Sequence record: NC_070956.1
Direction: 5' to 3' (one strand)
Length of the DNA stretch: 64,000 nucleotides
In this document: in pieces, positions 38,860 through 45,595 of the stretch
How the letters are laid out: each line of letters begins with the position of its first letter
How positions within the stretch are numbered: the first letter of the stretch is position 1
Made by a program: the position numbers and the translations under genes
Notes under the pieces: generated by a model
What the model was told of the DNA's origin: nothing
The model's input: only the letters and a program-made list of their open reading frames with translations
Database searches by the model: none

Positions 38860-40038
38860 ATGGCACCGACTATGGCGCTACCCCAATATGAGGGTGAGCG
38901 TTACTATAAGTCGGGAATCAATGTATCAATGAGATGCCATAAACCTGGCTTCCTCGTTGATTGTTTTGGAGCGCTGGTTGAATTGCCGGCATCGACAGAT
39001 AGCGCTTTTGGTAACCGACCCGGTAACGAGTACGGTATTGCCATAGAGAGCTACTCTCTTTCCAGGTTCCCTGACTTGACGTTTTATCGTTCAGTTGAAC
39101 GAGAAGGCGATCATGGCTTGACCAATGAATTGAGAAAGATGAATGAGAACCGTAAACTGGAAGGTCATCCTTTCGGAGGGGTACGAGTTCCTAACTCTCA
39201 CTTCACAGTCGAGAACGGCATAAAACAACAAGGTATGACCGACGTATTAATGACGGCCAGACCTAAAGAGATGGAAGTCTACTTCCACAAGTACGATCCT
39301 GACACTGTCAAGGAAGTACACCATAACCGAACAGGACACTACGTTGTAGGGTTCGATCGTGATGCAGTTATAACTGCGGCTATCAATGCAGGATATATCC
39401 AGCAGGCACCCGGGACAGTTGACGCTTCCCTCATGCCAACCGAAGGCCGAATGATTATTACGGATGATCTGCCAGGGTCTCCGATGACAGTTACTCTGTT
39501 CATGAAAGATACTACAGGTAGGTTCTCGAACCTGTGGCACACTGCTGCCGGACGTTCGGTTATTGTTCCTAATCTGAAAGACTACAATGGGGCCGACGGG
39601 CTCTACGTAGTTATTAATAGCAATCGTAAACAAGTCATTAACGACTTTGTACCATTCACCATTGGAGTGGACACGGTTGATATTGAAAAAGACCTTATGA
39701 AGTTTGAAGTCTATTCTTCAGAGGCTGCTATGTCTAGCACCATGACTCCTAAGCAGGTTGCCGATCTTGAAAAAGCTCGTGAACAACTTAAAGCTGAGTT
39801 GGAAAAGACAAAGAAAGAGTTGGACAAAAAGGAAGAAGAAGTCAGGAGGCTCACTGATGAGCTGAATGAGGTCAAACGTTTACGTGTTCGCGACCGTGAA
39901 GGGTTTGATGACGTGAAATCCGACTTGAAGAAGAATACTAAGCTCGACTGGTTCAAGACTGGGATGTCTACCTTCGGGATGGAAATAAAGAAAACGCTAT
40001 ACTGGATGGCGAAGCTGGCCATGACAGTCTTTATCTAA
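38860..40038 (+). CDS. Hypothetical protein with C-terminal coiled coil (392 aa; MAPTMAL start)
   Basis: AAGGAGGT at 38845-38852 supports ATG 38860 over the track start 38794. Confidence 0.8.
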   Translation: MAPTMALPQYEGERYYKSGINVSMRCHKPGFLVDCFGALVELPASTDSAFGNRPGNEYGIAIESYSLSRFPDLTFYRSVEREGDHGLTNELRKMNENRKLEGHPFGGVRVPNSHFTVENGIKQQGMTDVLMTARPKEMEVYFHKYDPDTVKEVHHNRTGHYVVGFDRDAVITAAINAGYIQQAPGTVDASLMPTEGRMIITDDLPGSPMTVTLFMKDTTGRFSNLWHTAAGRSVIVPNLKDYNGADGLYVVINSNRKQVINDFVPFTIGVDTVDIEKDLMKFEVYSSEAAMSSTMTPKQVADLEKAREQLKAELEKTKKELDKKEEEVRRLTDELNEVKRLRVRDREGFDDVKSDLKKNTKLDWFKTGMSTFGMEIKKTLYWMAKLAMTVFI

Positions 40039-40060
40039 AACAAACCTGTAGGAGGGTTTA

Positions 40061-41788
40061 ATGGATCCGCAATTGCTGAAACTTTCGCGTAATGCCTTTA
40101 ACCAAGATCTGGTTGACGGGATTCACATGAAACAACTGAACGGTAGTGGTTTGAATTACCTGGAAGATTGTTTCAGAACGATCTTGAAACCACTTGCTGC
40201 AAAAGGCTACGTATTTGAAGGACTCGAGCGGGTCGACCCAATAGACTTCTACAACGCTATCACCCGTCCTGGTTCTGCGACCGGTGGCGGTAGTAGCGGT
40301 ACAAAGGAGTTTGAGATCGCTAAGAACTCGTTCATTGGTGTCAGGATGAAGAACCACTTCATCGATCCCAAGACAGGTCAGCGTGAAGCACTTAAAGAGC
40401 CTTTGTTCTTTATTGCGTACACCAACCGTCATGGTGATGTCTACACACGGAACAGTTTGTACGGGATGCAGTATGTCCTGGCCGAACGTGGACCGTCAGT
40501 GGATGGCGCCAGAGAAAAACGAGTCTTTGTACGGGTAACTGGTTATAAGTTCAACGTTACTCGTGAGCTCCATACGTTCTCAAGACTTCATCTGACAGAA
40601 CGTGGACTTCACAGTAGCTCCACCAACGTAACACTTCCTGCAAACCGGTTCTATGCTGCAAAGCAAGATCGTAGTCTGAAGAACCGTAAGAAAGTTCCGA
40701 TTCCGCTGTTGTCCTGGTACCTGTTCGGTAAGTACGGGTTCAGTCACTGCATGTCGGAATTTGCAGAGTGTGAATACATTCTCGATACCACCGACTCCCT
40801 GGTAGAACGTTGCCGAGGGGAAGATGGTTGGGAGATCTATGAAAACAACGGAACAGTCAATCCGAAGGTAATGCCGCGTCCACGCGGTGCAGAACGTCAA
40901 GAATATGAACCGGCAATCGCTATTCGCAATAAGCGTGGTGGTGAGGTGAGTAACCTGGCGTTGCAATATGTCGGCGGACTGCTGTTCATGTTGAGTGTGT
41001 TCCCGTACGAATCGGACATCGGTGCAATTGATGAAATCGATTACTGGCGTTACATTGTAGGTCGTTGTTCAATCAACCTCCCTGCAAACGCCAAGAAAGA
41101 TGACTACCTCTGCCAGATGGACGAGCACTTCACTTCGGTGGAGGAGTACTTCGATGACCACACGCTCAACCGTTACGCAAGCGTCGGTATCCAGGTGAAG
41201 GACACTTACGAGTTCCTGAACTATTTGATGACCGATTACTCCAACCTGATCAAAACCTATGATCCGGCAAACATGCTCCACAAGGAGTTGTCGTCCATGG
41301 AATTCCTCATGGATAACATGATTGAGGTTGCCAACAACTTCAAGTACCGGATTAAGAACAAGGCGAACATTGCCCCGCGTTACATCAACCGAGAACTGGA
41401 CACCCATTTCAGGCTGTTCAATATCGACAAGAGTATTCGCGAGAATAACGTTTGCTTAGAACAAACCGGGACCGACAACCCGTTCATCGATTATGGCCTG
41501 GGTATCATACTCCAGACCAGAGCATCCGTAGGCCGTGCCGCCGGACGCAAAGGTGACGATTTCGATCCCAACCACCCCGGAAGTGTTATACACGAAAGTC
41601 AACCTTTTGTGTGCAGTTATCAGTGTGCTTCCAAGCCGTCACCAGACGCGAGGGGTATGCTGCATCCGCGAGTCTTCCTGCAAGGTGGAAAGTATACAGC
41701 CCTTCGACCCGAACATCGTGAACTCTATGAGCACGTTCGTCGGCGTCTGAATCAACGACAGCATACAAACGAGGCACACAATGAATAA
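40061..41788 (+). CDS. Non-virion RNA polymerase beta subunit, N-terminal piece (gp123-like)
   Basis: QYVLAERG resembles the beta Q-L-x-R-x-P-G region; IHESQPFVCSY...RGMLHP resembles beta vHpShyGriC...GLi; position after the capsid gene. Confidence 0.7.
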   Translation: MDPQLLKLSRNAFNQDLVDGIHMKQLNGSGLNYLEDCFRTILKPLAAKGYVFEGLERVDPIDFYNAITRPGSATGGGSSGTKEFEIAKNSFIGVRMKNHFIDPKTGQREALKEPLFFIAYTNRHGDVYTRNSLYGMQYVLAERGPSVDGAREKRVFVRVTGYKFNVTRELHTFSRLHLTERGLHSSSTNVTLPANRFYAAKQDRSLKNRKKVPIPLLSWYLFGKYGFSHCMSEFAECEYILDTTDSLVERCRGEDGWEIYENNGTVNPKVMPRPRGAERQEYEPAIAIRNKRGGEVSNLALQYVGGLLFMLSVFPYESDIGAIDEIDYWRYIVGRCSINLPANAKKDDYLCQMDEHFTSVEEYFDDHTLNRYASVGIQVKDTYEFLNYLMTDYSNLIKTYDPANMLHKELSSMEFLMDNMIEVANNFKYRIKNKANIAPRYINRELDTHFRLFNIDKSIRENNVCLEQTGTDNPFIDYGLGIILQTRASVGRAAGRKGDDFDPNHPGSVIHESQPFVCSYQCASKPSPDARGMLHPRVFLQGGKYTALRPEHRELYEHVRRRLNQRQHTNEAHNE

Positions 41789-44450
41789 CCAACGTCCTGG
41801 TAGCGCAATGAACGACTGGAACACCCCACGCCCTCAAGGCGGCGGTGGTCAGCAACCAATGCAAGGTCAACGTCCGATGATGGGCGGTCGCACCAACCCC
41901 AATGCTCCTGCAATGCAAGGTAACACTATGCAAGGCGGTCAGCCCATGCAATCGCAGCAACCGATGCAACGCACTCCGCTCACCATGCTTTCCGGTATGT
42001 TGAGCAACTTTGGTGCAGGTCGGAACCAAACCAACCTGTACGCACCCGCTGGTGCTTCCCAACAACCAACTCAAATCAGTCCCGGGATGGACGCCACAAT
42101 TAACGGAACTGAGGAGCAGCAGCGCTTTGATGCACACTGCCTGCAAAACACTTCCGTTGTTGTCGGTAACCTTCTCCAGGTCTTCGCTCGTCGGTCAACC
42201 CAGACTGACGGTGGGATGGCGTTCAAACGCGCTATAGATCTCTTTGGTGTTAGTAAAAGTGGTGCCGGTATCAACACCGTTAACCATAGCTACATCGATG
42301 AGTTCAAAGGCGTTGTCCAGGGTACACAAAACACTTACTTTTCATTCGTAGGTCGTGCGTGTACCCTTATCGCAATTCGTCTCTATGTCTACAAGCGCGA
42401 GCACCAAGGCATGGATCCGGATAACAACACTATGGGTGCACTGATCATTCGTGCAACCACAGATGCGATGGCATTCGACTTCTTGGCTTGGCTTGAACAA
42501 TCCAAGAAAGCAATGTATGTTGTTGAACAACTGGATCACGAACTTCGTAACCAGATCCGTGAACTCCCCAATGTTTGGGATATCTATATCTCTAACGGCG
42601 GGGCGTTCCTCCAAGCTAACAATGGCGATATGCCATGGCGACGTGATCCCATCACTGAGTACATGAACAATAACACCGCTCCTAACCCGATGTTTGAAAA
42701 CCTGCTGTTTGACAGCATGTCTGATAACGTCAAGACTCGTCTCCAGGGGTTGAATCCTTCTGATCTTTGTTTCGGTCAAGGCAACCCTATGGATGCGGCT
42801 TTGTGGGAACAGATGACTGGTACTCCGTATCATGATCATCTTCCGGTGCAGTTCCAACACTACACTCCACCTAGCGCAGAACAACGCGCCAGGGCTGCCG
42901 CTCAACAGCCGCAGCAAACCCAACAACCTCAGCAACAACAACGCGCATGGCCACCCGCTATGACTCAGTCTGATCCGGATGAGTACATGCCGTATTCCGC
43001 TGTGCTGATGTACGACACCCCGAAACCCACCGAGTCCCAACAACCTGAAGCTCCTCAGCAACAGGCAGAATCGGCTCCTCAACAATCCGTCCAAACCAAA
43101 CGTGCTTTTAGTGAGTATACTTACGAAACACGTAATGAGTTCCGGATGGAAGATTATTTCATCGTTTTGAAAGATGGTTGGATGTCAGGCCAAGTAGAAG
43201 ATGTAATGCATCTGCTTGGGACAACCCCGTCTAACGAAACCAACGGTACAATCCCTACCCCAGATATGTTCGAGTCTGCTAACGGTGCAATGTTCACTGC
43301 GTTCCGGCTCGATGAGAAGGGGCATACCAATTGGAGGCGAGTAGTCCCAACCATGTTCAGTACAGCTGATGTGCACCGTATGGTGCTGACCGACCCCGAG
43401 AAGTATCTCCCTGAACTCTGGGAGAAAGACGGCGTGACCCATTCCAGCTTTGAAGCTCGGATGGAAACCGTTGTTCAACGTCTCCGTGACGGTGTTGTAA
43501 TTCCGATGGGGGAAATGAAACCCCTGGAAGAAGAACCGAACATGATGGCCAGCGACGCCCCTATGTTCGACCACGACCTCAATAACGTTTGTAAGCGTAT
43601 CGAGGTTGTCACTAATGCAGTTGACCCGGAAAGTAAATTGGATGCGTTCGTTGCACCTGTTGTGATGAATGACCAGTTTGTTCTGGAAGATGACTGCCCT
43701 GCTCAAGAAGTGTATGAAAAGTTCGGTGCGATCATCAAAGGTTCTGACATCAGTCGGTTTGAGTCCAGTATCGATTTCTTGAATGAGATCGCTCTGGCGG
43801 TTGCTGACTGCAATGACAGTACCTTTGCCAGCGTGGTTCGTGATAACGTAACGAACGTGATCAACCGTTGGTTGGTAGAAGAGCGTGGTTATTCAGCGGT
43901 TCCGGTTCCGGAAGGTTCCGGTCGTTCCCACCTGGTCCTGACAGACTACATCAATGACTCCCAGAAACTGGCAGACATGATGAAGAATGACCCTGACACC
44001 GGTCGTGCTCTCCTTCAGCTTGATCGTAACGGGTTCATGGTGAACAACATCCAAAACCTTCTCCCGCTCGCCGAGGCTAAAAAGCACTTTGCCCGTGGTA
44101 AGGACATGGATAACTTTGAATCTGTTCTTGAAGTAGAGAACGCTCTCAAAACAACTATTGTCTTTAGCCGTGACTACGTTATGGTTAAAATGGACAATGA
44201 CATCGGTCCCCGTATTAACGGAGTGGTCGTTTCTAAGGTATCTGAAGATCCTCGGTTCCACGAAATCATCAAGACTGCCATAGAACAAGGTAAGAAGCAT
44301 TTCAAAACTGTTCCCGTGATCGTAGTACATTACGGAAACCCGAAAGACTGCGCACCTCGCGTGGTGACCGCTTCTGCTTTCGATCAGAGCGTGATGCGAA
44401 CCCGTGCTATGCTCGGTGGGCATTTCTCGTTCTGTAATGTCGCTTCTTAA
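41781..44450 (+). CDS. Large hypothetical protein with Q/P/G/M-rich low-complexity regions (889 aa)
   Basis: GAGG RBS, overlaps the RNAP gene stop; QPMQ repeats. Confidence 0.8.
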   Translation: MNNQRPGSAMNDWNTPRPQGGGGQQPMQGQRPMMGGRTNPNAPAMQGNTMQGGQPMQSQQPMQRTPLTMLSGMLSNFGAGRNQTNLYAPAGASQQPTQISPGMDATINGTEEQQRFDAHCLQNTSVVVGNLLQVFARRSTQTDGGMAFKRAIDLFGVSKSGAGINTVNHSYIDEFKGVVQGTQNTYFSFVGRACTLIAIRLYVYKREHQGMDPDNNTMGALIIRATTDAMAFDFLAWLEQSKKAMYVVEQLDHELRNQIRELPNVWDIYISNGGAFLQANNGDMPWRRDPITEYMNNNTAPNPMFENLLFDSMSDNVKTRLQGLNPSDLCFGQGNPMDAALWEQMTGTPYHDHLPVQFQHYTPPSAEQRARAAAQQPQQTQQPQQQQRAWPPAMTQSDPDEYMPYSAVLMYDTPKPTESQQPEAPQQQAESAPQQSVQTKRAFSEYTYETRNEFRMEDYFIVLKDGWMSGQVEDVMHLLGTTPSNETNGTIPTPDMFESANGAMFTAFRLDEKGHTNWRRVVPTMFSTADVHRMVLTDPEKYLPELWEKDGVTHSSFEARMETVVQRLRDGVVIPMGEMKPLEEEPNMMASDAPMFDHDLNNVCKRIEVVTNAVDPESKLDAFVAPVVMNDQFVLEDDCPAQEVYEKFGAIIKGSDISRFESSIDFLNEIALAVADCNDSTFASVVRDNVTNVINRWLVEERGYSAVPVPEGSGRSHLVLTDYINDSQKLADMMKNDPDTGRALLQLDRNGFMVNNIQNLLPLAEAKKHFARGKDMDNFESVLEVENALKTTIVFSRDYVMVKMDNDIGPRINGVVVSKVSEDPRFHEIIKTAIEQGKKHFKTVPVIVVHYGNPKDCAPRVVTASAFDQSVMRTRAMLGGHFSFCNVAS

Positions 44451-44476
44451 CGACATGTAATAACCTGGCTTATATA

Positions 44477-44506
44477 AGGTCGCTCTGGGGAAACCCGGGG
44501 CGGTCT
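44477..44506 (+). terminator. GAAA-loop hairpin, probable terminator
   Basis: CGCTCTGGG-GAAA-CCCGGGGCG with G-U pairs; weak U tract. Confidence 0.5.
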
Positions 44507-44618
44507 ATAAGCTTGTGTGCGCTTATTAGAGCGCTTTCTATATGTAATGTGACACATTGTTTACGTTATCTATAGAAAACGTTTTAACGTTGATACAGTA
44601 AGTTTAAGATACATAGAA

Positions 44619-44643
44619 AGTTAGACATATATTATTTACGTGT
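44619..44643 (+). promoter_or_regulatory. Putative early promoter
   Basis: AGTTAGACATATATTATTTACGTGT shares the A-x-AC-x-x-AYATTAY-x5-TG core. Confidence 0.55.
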
Positions 44644-44694
44644 ACACATATCAATGTGTTCTTTAATTTAACCACACTCCACAAGGTAACAATC

Positions 44695-45546
44695 ATGAAA
44701 AACGTAATCGCCCTCCTGAAGTTCGCTCCTAACACCGCCGTCCGTACTCAGCCTGCTATCACCCTGCCCAACTGCATGGACTACTATGGTCAGCTCGAGC
44801 TCAAAGACGTCGACTTCACCAACCCCGTCTCGGTCAAGGTAGTTCTCCCGGAGATCATCAAACTCCTGAAGAACGCTGACTGTAAAGAAGAAAGCCTGGT
44901 TTCCTTCGAAGTCTATCTGGTAGAGGTAGACAAAGAAGGTGCGTTCGATGCCGAAGCCCTGGTAGAAGAAAACCGGATCAAGTTGGTCCATCAACAGGAA
45001 GATGAAGAAATGTCCAAAGAAGAACAAGCCCTGGCCGAAAAGACCGAAGTCGTGAAAGGTGCGCCGGTCAACCAAGGTACCAACGTCTACCATCAGCCGA
45101 CCAACGAGTTCGGTAAGAAGTACAAAGACGTGAAGACTGCTCGCCTCACTCCGCGTGGTAGCGTCATCACTGCCGGCTTCGGTGCCCTGGTTGCCAACCT
45201 GGGTGATCAGCTCCTGAACGACAACTGGGAAAGTGCACGCTGCATCTCTACCGGTCTGGCTACTGTGGTCGTTGGTATGGGTGCGCACGCACTCCACAAC
45301 ACCACCAAGAAGATGACCAACGAAAGTGGTGCTGGTATACACGCCGGTCTCAACCTGGTAGCTGGTGGCGTTACTGGTCTGGTGATCGGTCGCGGTTTCG
45401 AAGCCATCTTCGAAGCCCAAGAGATGTTCTCTTTTGGCAAGAAAGAAGAAGCAACTCACGAGAACCCCAACGAAGAAGCCATGATCGTTCCGGTCAGTGA
45501 TCCCGAAGTAAAGGCGATCATCAACGAGTACGAACAGGAAATGTAA
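44695..45546 (+). CDS. Putative early membrane-associated protein with glycine-rich hydrophobic helices (283 aa; MKNVIALL start)
   Basis: AAGG RBS before ATG 44695; three Gly-rich hydrophobic segments in the C-terminal half. Confidence 0.75.
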   Translation: MKNVIALLKFAPNTAVRTQPAITLPNCMDYYGQLELKDVDFTNPVSVKVVLPEIIKLLKNADCKEESLVSFEVYLVEVDKEGAFDAEALVEENRIKLVHQQEDEEMSKEEQALAEKTEVVKGAPVNQGTNVYHQPTNEFGKKYKDVKTARLTPRGSVITAGFGALVANLGDQLLNDNWESARCISTGLATVVVGMGAHALHNTTKKMTNESGAGIHAGLNLVAGGVTGLVIGRGFEAIFEAQEMFSFGKKEEATHENPNEEAMIVPVSDPEVKAIINEYEQEM

Positions 45547-45552
45547 GAGTTA

Positions 45553-45586
45553 AACCTCCACCTCCCCGTTAAGGGAGGTGGAGGTT
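45553..45586. terminator. Bidirectional terminator
   Basis: AACCTCCACCTCCC-CGTTAA-GGGAGGTGGAGGTT, perfect 14-bp stem between convergent genes. Confidence 0.85.
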
Positions 45587-45595
45587 ATTTACTTA

